A stretch of 64,000 bases of DNA from Schizochytrium sp. TIO01 (GCA_004764695.1 SMSO01000014.1:5280845-5344844), one strand, 5' to 3'. Shown: positions 45,677-59,353, counted from the first letter of the stretch. Made by a program: numbers and translations. The notes: generated by a model from the letters alone, not told the origin.

Positions 45677-46453
45677 TCATGTTAAAGCTTCTCGAAGTTG
45701 CTCAATGTAGGAAAACAACACATCTACAAAAGGTAATGATCGAGCTAGCAAAAATTCACGGGCAATAGTCCAAAGTGTGCAAGGTAAACCTTGGAGCTCT
45801 ACCGTACAAAAGTCAACCACAGAAAAAGTGAGTCCTAACGTGAGAAGCACTAGAGAAATGATAACAACAACACCTTTGCAAAATTGCAGGAGTGATCCAT
45901 TTGAAGGCTCTTGCATGAAGTCTTCGGAAGTAATCACCCCGTCATCGTCAACAAACCAATAATCCTTGTTTCGCATACCCCAAGAAGACGCAACAAGTGA
46001 ATGCACGTCCGGCTGCTTGGTTACAGCACCAAGTTTTCTTTTAGGCTGCTGAATTGATGATAAGAAAGAAGGCAAAGAAGTTCTTATGTTGCAATGTTTT
46101 GTATTGAAGTTCTGGTTCGCAGTCCTCTCTTCTGAGATTTCATCATATTCAATTAAGGAAGATGATGGGAGGACAACCAGATCGTCCTCCTCTGGTTCTA
46201 AATCAGGGTGCGACGTTCTCTCAAAACTCGTACTTTCTGCAGTACTTTCGGTGGTTGTTGGGCTCGTAGTTGTGTTATAGTCAAAGCTGCTGCTACTTAA
46301 CCATCGAGTCTCTGAAGCTCCACTTGACGCCATCCATTTCGTTTCTTCATTTACCTTTGAGGGCTCCAGGGAAAGAGCCTCAAGGCGGCGAATCAGGTTC
46401 TGCCAAAGAGTTTCAGAACTGTCGGGTTTAGGACCACTCAAGGTCACCCGCAT
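45677..46453 (-). CDS. Hypothetical protein with C-terminal transmembrane helix
   Basis: 258-aa ATG ORF, S/T/E-rich, with hydrophobic VVVIISLVLLTLGLTFSVV. Confidence 0.6.
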   Translation of the reverse strand: MRVTLSGPKPDSSETLWQNLIRRLEALSLEPSKVNEETKWMASSGASETRWLSSSSFDYNTTTSPTTTESTAESTSFERTSHPDLEPEEDDLVVLPSSSLIEYDEISEERTANQNFNTKHCNIRTSLPSFLSSIQQPKRKLGAVTKQPDVHSLVASSWGMRNKDYWFVDDDGVITSEDFMQEPSNGSLLQFCKGVVVIISLVLLTLGLTFSVVDFCTVELQGLPCTLWTIAREFLLARSLPFVDVLFSYIEQLREALT

Positions 46454-46563
46454 GACTGTGCTCGGCGCTATCTTTCAGGTCTACAACATATTCGCTTTGC
46501 GCGGTTAGAAATGGCTGGGTGGCAAAGAATGAACGCTAAAACAGCAAAAACAAAAAGCAAATA

Positions 46564-46605
46564 TACCGGAATTCCGGTAAATTTGTTAAAGTCCCGGAAT
46601 TCCGG
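46564..46605. promoter_or_regulatory. Twin CCGGAATTCCGG palindromes upstream of the 46453 gene
   Basis: TACCGGAATTCCGGTA (46564-46579) and CCGGAATTCCGG (46594-46605) in an AT-rich context. Function inferred. Confidence 0.45.
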
Positions 46606-49600
46606 TTTTACGATTTCTTACTATCAAGTCCATGATTTGGGTTATACTACTCGGAGCCATCATAAAAAAATTAATATATATGTATATATATATATAAAGG
46701 CAAAGAGAAACTAAAATAGTCCCTGTCAGTACATAGTACTTTATTTGAGGGAAAAGGTCAAACCTTAAATGATTATTTTGGCTTCGAGCTTTACCCGAGC
46801 TAAAGATGATGGACACCATCAGGCCCTTCTGATGGTTACAAGAGCAACATAGAACATAATCTCACCGGCAAAGCCAAAATATCAAGAGACTGATAACTCA
46901 TGCTCTCCGACTATCCTGCTTTTCTCCATTTTCTTGTTTACCACGACCGAAAATTAAAATGAGAGAATTACATGAACCTGTTCTGCTTCATGCATTTATA
47001 AGGTGCGTGGTTGCAACTGTGAACTGTCTCGGTTTGATTAGGGTGCTCAATGTCATTTCATTTGCATTGACAAGGCTAAATGAGACACACTTTTATTGCA
47101 TTGTACCTATAACTATGAGACAAAGGTCGACCAATGAAAGTTTTTCATTGCACCTCCATAAGCTAGTGGCTTTTCTATCTTGTTCCCCTTTGTATAGAGT
47201 CAAATTTTATTGACATAAACATTGGCAAGTTGATGGCCTGATCATTACGAGATATTATCTCTTGGATGAAAGATATTATCTTTTGAGATAATTGAACCAG
47301 TCTGGATACGATTTTTGAATTGTTTCACTGCTTGCTTCAAATCTCATTAGGATTGTTGAGGGATATGTCTTTGCTCTCCAAATTAGAAAAAAGCTCCTTA
47401 CGATTTTTAGAAATACTGATGCTTGACAGTCAACTTCAGTGTCTTAAGGGTGTATATATATGCTACATGAGAAAGCAAACAAGCTGGTGTATGATGGTCA
47501 AAGAGCCCAAAGGTCAAGGTTTGTTTTTCTTTCATGGTGCATATGTTTTAATCATTGATTAATCGTCGACGTTCACACACCCTCCTACCAGCACGCTTGC
47601 ATCAATCGTTGCCTAGAGTCTAAATATTATCTAGTTGATTCGAATGCGTGCACACGAGTAAAAGACTTTAGAATTGTAAGATTAAAAGATAGTCCAGATG
47701 CTTTCAAATAAGGGAAGAGATGAAAAGTAATGAAAGTGCAAATATTATTTCTTGGTGCCAAAGTGGTAGTGGAAAATACATAGGTACCCAGTCACTTAGT
47801 TATAACCAACGTTGCGATACCATTAAAAGTTGACATAGTGCTCTTAGTTATATAAAATTTGATAAAGAATTAATAAAACCCGAAAATGTCGTTCATGGGT
47901 TGCGCACTAGTCATGATATAAAATAGTGAATGACTGAGTGGAAAGATAATATGATAGAATTGATAAGACAGTTGTATTTTGCAGTAAAATTGACTATGGT
48001 TGTTTTGTTTTTCCTATTGTTTTTAAGTTTTTATGAGCTCTGCACATTGGCAAACTAAAGAGTCGCCTAAACTAGGAGGCTAAACAAACAACTAGGAAAT
48101 TGTCCTCAAATTTCTTGCTCTTGAAGAAGGGCAGTAATCTCTTAGAACAATATCCAGTCGTAATTCCCTTCATCTCTTTCTTTTAATATTTTTTCCCTTT
48201 TTCTCTTTTTAGAGAGAAGAAGGACTTAGGTAGTAATAACATCTGGCATCATCGTAACATTTTAACCTAAGGAGAACATTTTATTTTTCTCGCAAGATCA
48301 CGATAGTCTCGGGCATCAGATTCATCTGTCGGTTCTCGATGCTGAAGGCTTAGGTGGGAGGCTTGTACAAAAAAATGCTATGGACACTGTCATTTTTGCA
48401 AATTCTATTTAATCTTGAAATTAAGATGAGTTGCTGCACAATGAACCTAGTATCAAAATGCAGCTTAACATCTGCCTGACTTATTGTATATTTAACTTTT
48501 ATGTTGTGGTATGAAGACACTATCTTTTAGTTCTTTGCTAGTTTTCCTCGCAATTGGTTTGACTCTAGAAACGAAAAAACAAAACAAAAAACATTTATCT
48601 CAATAAATAAAATTAAATTTGTTTAAAATTTAAAGAAGAGAAAAAGATAGCGAAGTCAATGAGTACACAACAGTACATACGTCTTAACCAGATTCATGGA
48701 ACCACCGACCCGAGATTACGGAACTCAGCAAAGGTCTATATGGTTCTTCTCACAGAAAGGCGTGCGCTCACTTCCAAGTTTCCGCGAGAAGTGCTGTGAA
48801 TCTTTCAATTTTATCAAACCTTTCAACTCGTCTTAGGATGACGAGCAACTTGAAGTTATATTTTGAAAAAAGAGGAACTAGTAGTACAGGCTCAAAGAAA
48901 TGTATTGATGTTAAGATAACTCGTTCTAGCAGCACTCGTTGAGCTAGCCTTTCATTTTTTGGGGGATACTTATAGAAATCGACATGTTCTCACTTGGTTT
49001 ATTAATTATCAAAGCTTAGAAGGATGGTTTGATTTGGTTTTTCAAAAAATTAAAGATTCTGCATTTAGGATAGTGTTTTATTAAAAAAAGATACTGTTCT
49101 GAAAGGCACATCTTTGGATCAATTGTAGTTGCTGCGTCCGGCTGATTTGAAAAGGAAAATAGAGCTGTTATGCAGTAATTCCTGCGGTGTTAAGACTCTC
49201 CCTGTCAAGAAGGGCATTTAGATTTTGGCAAGTCCTTGCAAGTAATGAACTATTTGCATTTTAACAAAGCTAGCCTTCAACAAGTTGAACTTATTTCTTT
49301 TCTTTTCTTGCAGGAGTAAACTACACAAGGGAAAATCCATTTTGAATTTGCATTTTTACAATGACACATGTCCTACGAAGGCTCTCTTTCACCACATTGG
49401 ACAACGAAGTTCGTAATACTTAACTTGAGGCATAATGCGGCGTAATGAGCCAGACAAACTGCAGTACCTTTGGGAGGTGATGGAATACATGTTTTCACTG
49501 GTTCAAGCGAACCTTAGCCCTTCAGCCCTTCTTAAAATCAAAAGACAAACTAAAAGCTAAATACTAAAAATAAAGATTAAAAACTAAAAACTAAAAATTA

Positions 49601-51660
49601 AAAACTAGAATAACAAATTTTCTCTATCTTTAAAAGTAAAAAGGTAAAAGTAAAAAAGTAAAAAAGTCTCCAATGAAAACCTTCTAAACATTTATGATCC
49701 CAGTACTAGTTAGATGGATAGGTAGATAGCTAACTTTCATGATTAGAGTATAGTAATGCTCGTAGCAGTTCATCCGAGAATGTTGAATTATTCTTGGATG
49801 CGACACTGATCGTTAAGACTGCCATTACCTTTTCTATTCTAATGCTAAACTGCAGTCTGCAGCTACCACATTCACGAGGGTGCAAGAGTGAACGAAGCAT
49901 GTGAAAAGGGCATGCCATGAGTAAGAAAGCATGATTGCCATGACAAGGAGTATCTGCGTTCTATACCTGAGCAGTGTCTGCAGAACACCCAACCTGAAGT
50001 TGATGAGTAGCACAAGGTTTGGTGAGGTTGGCAGACGATGATGACGAAAAGCAGTCAAACTTAATGGAAGCAGCTTTGCATAGCATGAGAGCGAAGAAGC
50101 CATACTACGACGTTGGATCAGAACTTCAAGTCTAACCTGAAGGGTTTATATTACTACCTCCTATTATGGACTGCGACTTTCATTGCTCGCTTGCTTTCTT
50201 CTGCTGTTGCTACTAAGTATGCTACGCCACTGTCTAATCTGCTGACGTGTTCACGTTGGCAGGAACGACGCCATTTTGTATAGTCGCTCAATTCTTTTCG
50301 TCTAATAGGCCTATGTGATGAGTGGGGCGTAATGTGAGTGCCTAGGAACTGAAGTCTCCATCAGCCCCAGCAGAAGGGACTCACTGGTACAGAGTGTTTT
50401 GTCGAGTAAGCCTCCCTCCTCATCTTTGGCAAGGTCATGAGTCCGGACTCGGTGGTATCTTTTGATTAAAAGCTCGCAATATATTTTAACTTAAGTTCAC
50501 TAAAAAAGTAATTAAATAGCAATGATATGGAATATTAAGAAGAAAAGATAAGAAAAGTATATGCTCTGATAGTAAATGGGGATTGCTTGTATTATATACA
50601 GCAAACCCCCCTACTGATTGCGAGTAAGAAAAGAAAGACAGTTTCAGAATTCTTGGTTTGGTTCTCTTGCTTACCTAAGCATCTGTTTTACGTGTTGCTG
50701 TTAGCAGTCCTACGAGAAACCTGAGGCTACAAAACTACCGATTTCTTAGAATATGCAAGATCCAAACTTCACTCAACCATGATAATTTATGAACTTCAAC
50801 ATTAAAATAGTACCTACGTAGTGATTGATGAGTGCGCAATTGCAGATGTCAAAGAGCCTCAGCGGCCAAAAACTCGATGAAAGGGAAAGAGAGGTAATGT
50901 CCAATCCCTGTGAAGGTTTGCGAGCAAGAGTCGGGTAATTGCTTTATTTTGAAGCTGCTACACATACGTAGGCAGGCGTGTTGTGTTCTCGTGTGTAATA
51001 GATTCTTGTTCTTATTCAGATGAACTAATAAATTGAGGGTGCGGGGTTTATCAAGCGTCCGCTGATTGCAGCATTCTTGCAGCAGCTTTGTCCGGACTCC
51101 GCAATGCCCGCTGAGCAACACTCTACCTAGATACTAATTATATCATCTATTTCAACTACTCAGTAGGTAGGTAAGGTGCTTAGGCGCTACATGTTCGAAC
51201 CCGACTAGTTTAGGAAAGTTTAGGATACCTCAAATCTGGCAACCTTATGGATCTGTCTCGTTAGCTTGAGAGTTTGAGGGTCGAGTTAATCCAAGCATTT
51301 GCCAAATTTACCAGCCTGCTTAATATTTCTAGTTGAGAGCTTGTGCTTGCTCAGTCTTGGGATCGAGGATGACACTTTAGCTGTTGCAAAAAAGGTGAAG
51401 TGCCAATCAGAATAGAGCTATAGGTCCCTGAGTGAGAAATTTTCTTCTTATTGATTTTGCTTCTCATAATCGTGTCGGCTTACCTAACTTAATAAATTAT
51501 TATCCTACTAGCTGTTCAAAGTTTGCGAAGAGCGTGCACTTGCGCATCTGAGCTGGTCGGTAGTCACTAAATACAGCGGACATGGTGAAAGAACTTGAAA
51601 CGATAGTAGTTGTAGGTACTGCCTGATATTATCTGGGCCTGGGGTAGTAGTAAAAAGTAG

Positions 51661-51812
51661 TGGCTTGAGTTTTACCCAAGTTTTTAAATTAGAAAAGATT
51701 TTAACACTGATGCCTGGTAGTAGAGTATCTACTAAGTTAGTAGGTATCTACTCAGGCAGGCAACAGAGTCAAAATCTTTTTAAATTTAAAAACTTGAGTA
51801 AAACTCAAGCCA
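51661..51812. repeat. 152-bp foldback (long inverted repeat), MITE-like
   Basis: ~49-bp outer arms with about 5 mismatches, inner TGCCTG/CAGGCA, and a near-palindromic AGTAGA..CTACTAA-G-TTAGTAG..TCTACT core. Confidence 0.85.
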
Positions 51813-52727
51813 AAAAAGCCAATCATTAATGAAAGCGCTTCAAGAATGATGACGACATCGAGAATGCAAAGCTCCGTGGCCGCCCCTTTTGAACGAGTTA
51901 GATTGAACATGAGTTGACAATGCGAAAGGGAAAAGGGGAAAGGGGAAAGGGTTGACGGATTCCTTCTGATTCAATTCCTTCCTTCATACTTACTTAAGTC
52001 CTACTGCCTCGGGCAACTATTCGGGTTATTCGGGGCCAGTTTCTGTCACGCCGACTCGATGAATAGACGTGAGAGAAGAAGAATGGGGCAGCTTAGTAGG
52101 TGCTATCACTAGTAGTAGGTATTCATAAAGAAGAAAGCTATTTTCATTGTTTCACGGCCATTTCAAGAGTCTTTCAGTTCTCTAGAGAGAATGGAAACAA
52201 TGCAAAGAGAAGAGTCAGGCAGAAAAGTCAGAGCAGAACGATGTGTTGAAAATTAACCAATTATTGCTGCTTTTGCCCATCATCCCATAGAGCTCATTTC
52301 TAAAGCAGTTTCATGTTTCTTGAGAGTGTGTCTCTGTCTACCTAATAGTTGTATAGATGCGTTCATTATTTAGAATTAGTAGAATAATCCTCTGCGGCTG
52401 AGAGTGAGTGTAGAAACTGATGTGTTATCTCTGCTAGTGGCCACTTCTAGCCATGGTATTAGTAAGAACACGCTCCTCCATTTCCGAAAGAAGAGACTGC
52501 GACGTACGTCACTATTTGGAAAAGAAAGATCATTATCTATCAATATATAGGTAGATAGGTACCTAGTACATAGCACTGCTGCCCTTTTATTTCAAGTCAT
52601 CATACGTAGCACTTTCAAAGAAAGAAGTCGCTCAAAGGATAAATGATGCTGATATTCGAACCTTTAAAAGAGATCCTAATCTTTAAAAATAGTAACGTTA
52701 TAGAAAAATAATAATTATTGATGATGT

Positions 52728-52776
52728 CAGCAACACCAGCAGCACCAGCAGCACCAGCAGCGCCAGCAGCACCAGC
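52728..52776. repeat. 9-bp tandem repeat (CAGCAGCAC) x~5
   Basis: Read directly from the sequence. Confidence 0.85.
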
Positions 52777-55700
52777 TTTTTCTGGCGAATGCTTTTGACA
52801 ATGAATAAGGGAGGTTGTTTCGCATATCATATAAAGAGCTGAGCTTTCACGTAGAGGTGGGGCTATTTGGGCGCTATCGACTCGAACGAGGTAATTGCAA
52901 AGAATGAGAAATATTACCAAGATTTTGTGGCGGCAACCGGGAAAGTAATAGGTAGAAAGCAAATGATAAATGATAAAAACTATTGCAAAAGAACGCTTTG
53001 TAACTTAAAAAAAGAAAAAGAAAAAGTAAAGCTATTATCCGGTGCAACAGTTTCCCTATGGCATAAGCTTTCAAGCAAGCTTGAGCACAATAATTCCAAG
53101 CACTCTTTAGACTGCTCTAAAGTAAAAAACCAGCTGCTGTGCACCGCGCAACTACATTAAAAAAGAAAAATAAAATTTTATTTTATTTTATTTTATTTGT
53201 AAATGAGTAAAATTATTTTACACATTTTAAAAGTTAAAAATAACAAAGTTGCAAGTGTTCTTTAAAATTTGAAAGGCCACCTGTTCATAATGAGAAAAAA
53301 ATATAAAAGCAACACTCATCGTGTCGCATTCTGAACTGCATTTGATCGCTCCCGAAGCTGCAAATTGCATTATGAAGCGCGGAGGAGGAAGAAGAAGAAG
53401 CAGAAGAAGAGGAGGAGCATGCCTCGACTGCCTCAGACATCCATCTCAGACATCTCAACATCTCAGATGAGCCATGCCATGCAGCCTTGCCAGAAGAAGA
53501 GAGCCCTGGCGAGGCGTGTTTGCAGCATAGAAAAGCACTAAGCTCAGTCCACAGTGAATGAGAGAATGGGCGAGCGAACCGCAGCGCACTGGCGGAGGAT
53601 GCTGGTTGATAAAGCAACAACAAAAAAGAGCTCGTCGGGGGAGTCGCGAAAATAGAGTAACTGCGCACGAGCTCAAAGAATAAGATGATGGCTTAGCAAA
53701 TGGCGCGAAGGTTGCAAATGTTTCCTCTTGCTGCGTCCCTCTTTGCTCCTAATCTTAGCATGGGAGAGAAACCGCAGCAATGCGAGTTGATGCATTTACA
53801 AGGAAACAGAAAATGAGCGATAGTACTTTCGAGGCTGGTTGTCAGACAGAAAGTGGGTGGTGATTCAATGTTGTCTGTTGCACATCCTTGAGTAGAATAA
53901 GGGGGCTTATTGCCGCGTTTCTTCTGTTGGCAGCTTTCGTGACAACATCACAGCGATAAGCATGCCGTGCTCAGGTTGCCAGCGCAATTGCAAACTGCAC
54001 TGCAGAAAGAGTTACTGCTGCTTTACATAGATACCATACTTAGGAACTATATTGATTTTAATAAAAAAATATGAAAAAATGAAAAAAGATAACTCCGTGT
54101 TCAAAATACTGCCTTTTAAACTTTTAAATAAAATAAATAAATATGAAATTTGTTGAAAAAGTACTTTTGCAAGTATTACTTATATTACGCATATGTGAGC
54201 ACTGTTACTTCTGTTTATCTCGCTTTGCAGCCAGCTACTTTGAAAGCGAAAAGTGCTCACCCTACCAGCGCTATAATAGTCCCTCTCCCTGCCATAGAAG
54301 TAATGTTTTGATTAAAAGAATTTAACACTGAAATGGCCTTTTAAAAGTTCTTCAAGAAGAGGCACATTAATGATATAGCATTTTAATGATTATTGTAAAA
54401 CTTATTTATATTTTTTTTTTGGACAGAGAGACAGTCGGGGACAAACGACCATCTTAATATAGTTTCTCTGTATGCAAATCCTACGAACAGTGCTATGTTA
54501 AATTTAAAGAGAAGAAAGAGACATATATTACATTTAATAGCTACAGTGTTTTTAACAAAGTAAAAAAGAAAAGAAGAGAAGACCTGTAAAAATCATCGCA
54601 AGATCAAGAAGCAAAATCGCATTGAGACGGACAGGTACGTAGCTGACATGACTTTCAAGACGACACGTGGAACGACACGATGGACGCCGCTATGTAGGCA
54701 ATGGAGAGATACACCACTCGTGGTGTCGTGGCGGGGACGAGGAATACACTTCACTACGCTGGGCATCGCCTCCAGCTCTTGAGCTAGGCAAAGCACTGCT
54801 TGCATCTGCGTCACTCGCAGACTGCTGCTTTGCCTGCATGCAAGCTTTGCGAGAATCACCGCGATTCAAGTGCTCGACGACAATAGCAAGGCAAAGTCAG
54901 CAAGCGAGAGCAATGCGTGGCTGTGCAGGGCGTTAGAATGTTCTATCTACATGCGCATGGATGGGTGAGGGTGGGTGTGGTTGGCATGGTGGCTTTCGAT
55001 GCAATGTCGATCGAGGCAGGAGGATGGTGCTCAATGTTTCATCTATCCTTGTTTGTTGTTGTTTTTAGTTGAAGATCCTTTGAAGTTCCTCTTCTTCTCC
55101 TCTTCTTCTCTATCTATCGCAATCTTTGTGCCTGTCTTGTTGATCTGGAGGCGCTTCTTTCTTTCCTTCTTTCTTTCCTTCTCGCCCTCTTCGGAGTCGA
55201 GTCGATGGGGACGGCTGCGAAGACGGGTCTCTCGGGCAGTGAGGAGGGCTCTTCGCTGGCGTCCAGTAGTCTTGCTCGCTGTCTCTTGCTGCTGCTGCTG
55301 CTGTTGCTTGTGACGCGTCTGTTCTTTGATGTTGCAACATAGGCCAAACAGCACCAAGGCGAACGAGAGATCCGCGATTGATTATGGAATATGGAAGCGA
55401 GCAGTAAGAAGTAGCTATGGGAAAACAAACACATTCATTCTCTCTCTCTCTATCTATCTACCTACTGAATGAGCAAGAGGCAGTGAACAATGAGGCAGAG
55501 TGACGATTGATTAGTCTCTGAGATACCAGAGATCCACTCAGACAAGCAAGAAGACAAACTGCAGCAAGAAGACAGAAGGAAAGAGGCGCTTGTTTTCAGG
55601 ACAACAGATCATATCATGCTCACCCAGGTGATGACATGACGAGTTCAATCCAGATAATACACACTTGGCCAACATCATCATGACCGCCTAGGACACGATT

Positions 55701-57901
55701 GTTCATTCCCGCATTGTCAGGTGCCTTGTGGCGCCTCTCAGAATTGCTGGACGATGTAGTTCTACAGGGATGATCTTTGGAGGGAGGCATTCTCATTGCT
55801 CTTTGATTAGATGGAGTAAGGATCAGCTGCTCTCGTAGGCACGAGTTCTATCATTCGGGAACTTATCGAGTCACTCGGTGATGATGCACTCTCGTGTGCA
55901 TGTGTTCTTTGGCTGGATTCCATGAATTCTGATGTGGTCCTGGCTGCTTGCTTGCTGCTCATGAGTGGTCTCAAATCGGTTTGCTCCTGTAAGTGCCTTC
56001 AGGATTGATCCTTTGCTCAATTCAGATTACTTGCTCGACCCGCTCATTTTGAGAATGCTGATGGAGATGAAGATCCTATCGTCGAGAGGGATCGCGTTTC
56101 ACCACATTTTTATTAGAAGCGGACAGCGCAAGCTATCGCCGTCGCCATCTCTCTGTTTCTAACTGCATGCATGTTCATTTGTCTCTCTGCGAGTGTATGT
56201 GTGTGTTCCTGCAAGGCAGCAATAGATGGATGGATGGATAAATCGACAGGGATTGATTGCTCAAGACGATGTGTGCGGATCCGATGTTCCCTCTCTCTCT
56301 TTTCCTTTTTTATCATTCCCTTTTTCCCCTCTTCTTCTTCGCTTTTCTTTGTATTACCTAAGGACGCAAGAGACTCTCATGGTTTCCGCCTTCTTTCACT
56401 CCGGTTTCCTCCCTCTTTCTTCCTCTTTTCTTTTCTTTTCTTTTCTTTTCTTCCCTCTATCCTCTGCGGCAGTAGGTAATCGATAGCAGTGAGTGGATGG
56501 AATTAAGTAAGAGGAGACTAATAATAATACGTCACATGATGATAATTCATTAGAGGAAGAGAGGGCAGCGAAGACAGACTTAAAGAAAGCAGAGACAGAG
56601 AGAGAGAGAGAGAGTCGGAGAGGGGAATCGCCGTCTCGTTGGAGTGAGTTCGATCAATCGACTGATTGTTACTGAGAGATCGATGAATTCTCCTCTCCAG
56701 AACAGACAGAGAGACGAGACAGGAAGAAGACCAAGGCCCTCTTTGGCTGGGGTGGATGGGTGTTACAGAGACAGACAAGACAGTCTTGTGTCTGTTCAAA
56801 GGCAGTTAGTTCGTTTTTTCTGCTTTTGAGCGCTCTCGTGGAATACCCTTTTCACGCCGTCATTATAGAAATGAATCGGACTGATGTCAAAGAAGGATGA
56901 CAACAAAGGACTGAGAAGAAAGACAGAGACGGGAAAGGCATCAGAGCAAGCAAGCAAGCAAAGACGTAGACAGACATCTGGCGTTCCCTCTTCCCGACCA
57001 TTATGCGAAACCATGGCTGCTCGTAGATTGCAGCATCGCACTGATGAGAATGAGAGATAGAGAGTACGTGGTGGTTTTGGGCGTATCCGCGAAGCCGCAG
57101 GAAGACGCCCAATTGAATGAAGGAAGGCAAAATGGGAGAGATTCCTCTTTCCATCATTCATTCCCCACACGCAGATACATTGATGAGCGATTTAGGTAAT
57201 TAATTCCCTGCTTATGCAGATCCCATCGTTGTTCTGTTGGTACGCGTGAGCTTAGGCTCTGATAGCATCAACAACACCGTATCCAGAGGGTGAAATATGG
57301 ATCCACCAAGATTTCTTTGATTGCAATGCTCGTCATTACCTATCGTCGTAATAGCTAGTGCTATGACGATTTGTAATAGTTGTGATGATGATTATAACAA
57401 TTGCGATCTTGAAGAGGGAAGGGCATGATGAGAGCAGCTTGGAGTGGGAAGAGTAATCTTTCCATCTCGTTTGGATGAAAGCTCGATGGAGAGGGCAAAA
57501 CCACAACTTGTGCACAAGGGTAGAATCTCTCCTGCAGTACTTGTGGAAGAGCAGCTACAGGACCAGGAAAGGAGGAAGAGGGAGGAAGTAGTATAGTACT
57601 ACTGTCTCACATTCACGTTCTCACGTGTTACAGGCGAGATACGGAGTTTAAAAGGCAAAGCTCTCTCGGGGTTGAGAAGCTGGGTAGAACGTCAAAGGTC
57701 GTTAATCGTGAACCACGGTGTCTTGCTTGAGCCACTACTCACTAGTGCATCCATAATCTAAAATCTACTTTAGACAACAAGAACAAGAGAGAAAACTGAC
57801 AAACAAATAACTGTATCCCATCATTTGACACAATGTCGTACAACGATTCAAACGAGCAGGCTTCAGTAGAACGCACAAACGAAAACAGAAACCAAAAGAT
57901 C

Positions 57902-59353
57902 ATGTCGCAGGTGACCCTTGGCGCTCGTCGTATCATGGAGATCTCCCGTGGTGTTCGCTCCTTCAGCGCTGCTGCCAACAGCGCTGGTACCCCCATCCGC
58001 ATGGGCGATGACGGCAACATTGTTGTCCCCAACGACCCCATCATCCCCTTCATCGCTGGTGACGGTACTGGCCCTGATATCTGGAACGCCAGTGTCCGCG
58101 TCTTCGATGCCGCCGTCGAGAAGGCTTACGGTGGTGAGCGCAAGATCGTGTGGAAGAAGGTCCTCGCCGGTGAGGAGGCCTTCCGCAAGACCGGTGAGTG
58201 GCTCCCCGAGGCTACCCTTCAGGCCTTCCGCGACTACCGCGTTGGTATCAAGGGACCCCTCACCACCCCTCTTGGTGGTGGTATCCGCTCCCTCAACGTT
58301 GCCCTCCGCCAGGAGCTCGACCTCTACGTGTGCCACCGCCCCGTGCGCTACTTCCAGGGTGTGCCCTCCCCCGTCAAGAAGCCTGAGCAGGTTGAGATGA
58401 ACATCTTCCGTGAGAACACCGAGGATATCTACGCCGGTATTGAGTTCATGACTGGCACCCCTGAGGCCAAGGAGGTCTACGAGCTTCTCCAGAAGCTCGG
58501 CGTTGCCAAGAAGGTTCGCTTCCCGGAGACCTCCAGCTTCGGCATCAAGCCCATCTCCAAGGAGGGTACCGAGCGTATCGTCCGCGCTGCCCTCGAGTAC
58601 GCCATCTCCTTCAACCGCCCCAGCGTGACTCTCGTCAACAAGGGTAACATCATGAAGTTCACCGAGGGTGCCTTCGCTCGCTGGGGCTTTGCTCTTGCCA
58701 AGTCCCCCGAGTTCCGCGACAAGTGCGTCACTGAGCGCGAGTCCTGGATCATCGGCAACCGCGACGACGGTGTGACCGACGCTGTTGCCAACGCCAAGCT
58801 CCTCGAGCCCGGCTACGACATGATGACCGACGCCCAGCAGCAGGGTGCCGTCAAGGAGGTCGAGGAGACCCTCAACGCTATCTACAGCACCCACGGCAAC
58901 GGCCAGTGGAAGAACAAGGTGCTCGTCCGCGAGGTTATCGCCGATATTGCCCTCCAGCAGGTCCTCACCCGCCCCAAGGACTTCTCCGTTGTCTGCTGCC
59001 CCAACCTCAACGGTGACTACCTCAGTGACGCCCTCGCCGCTCAGGTTGGTGGCATTGGCATTGCCCCTGGTTCCAACGAGAACCTCATCACTGGCCACGC
59101 CATCTTTGAGGCCACCCACGGCACTGCCCCCAAGTACGCTGGCCAGGACAAGGTCAACCCCTCCAGTGTTCTCCTCTCCGGTAACATGATGTTCAACTTC
59201 ATGGGCTGGACTGAGGCCGCTGACCTCATCATGAAGGGTATCGGCTCTGCCATCTCTGCCAAGCGCGTCACCTACGATTTCGAGCGCATGATGGAGGGCG
59301 CCACCAAGCTCAAGTGCAGTGAGTTCGGTGACGAGGTCATCAGCCGCATGTAA
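57902..59353 (+). CDS. icd: NADP-dependent isocitrate dehydrogenase, bacterial homodimeric (E. coli Icd-like) type, with predicted mitochondrial presequence
   Basis: [62 protein letters not shown]. Arg/Ser-rich leader [10 protein letters not shown]...RSFSAAA. An upstream in-frame ATG exists at 57833. Confidence 0.95.
   Translation: MSQVTLGARRIMEISRGVRSFSAAANSAGTPIRMGDDGNIVVPNDPIIPFIAGDGTGPDIWNASVRVFDAAVEKAYGGERKIVWKKVLAGEEAFRKTGEWLPEATLQAFRDYRVGIKGPLTTPLGGGIRSLNVALRQELDLYVCHRPVRYFQGVPSPVKKPEQVEMNIFRENTEDIYAGIEFMTGTPEAKEVYELLQKLGVAKKVRFPETSSFGIKPISKEGTERIVRAALEYAISFNRPSVTLVNKGNIMKFTEGAFARWGFALAKSPEFRDKCVTERESWIIGNRDDGVTDAVANAKLLEPGYDMMTDAQQQGAVKEVEETLNAIYSTHGNGQWKNKVLVREVIADIALQQVLTRPKDFSVVCCPNLNGDYLSDALAAQVGGIGIAPGSNENLITGHAIFEATHGTAPKYAGQDKVNPSSVLLSGNMMFNFMGWTEAADLIMKGIGSAISAKRVTYDFERMMEGATKLKCSEFGDEVISRM

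Noticed and set aside
57863-59119. 418-aa antisense ORF over IDH
   Set aside because: Shadow ORF produced by strong codon bias of the sense gene; no motifs.
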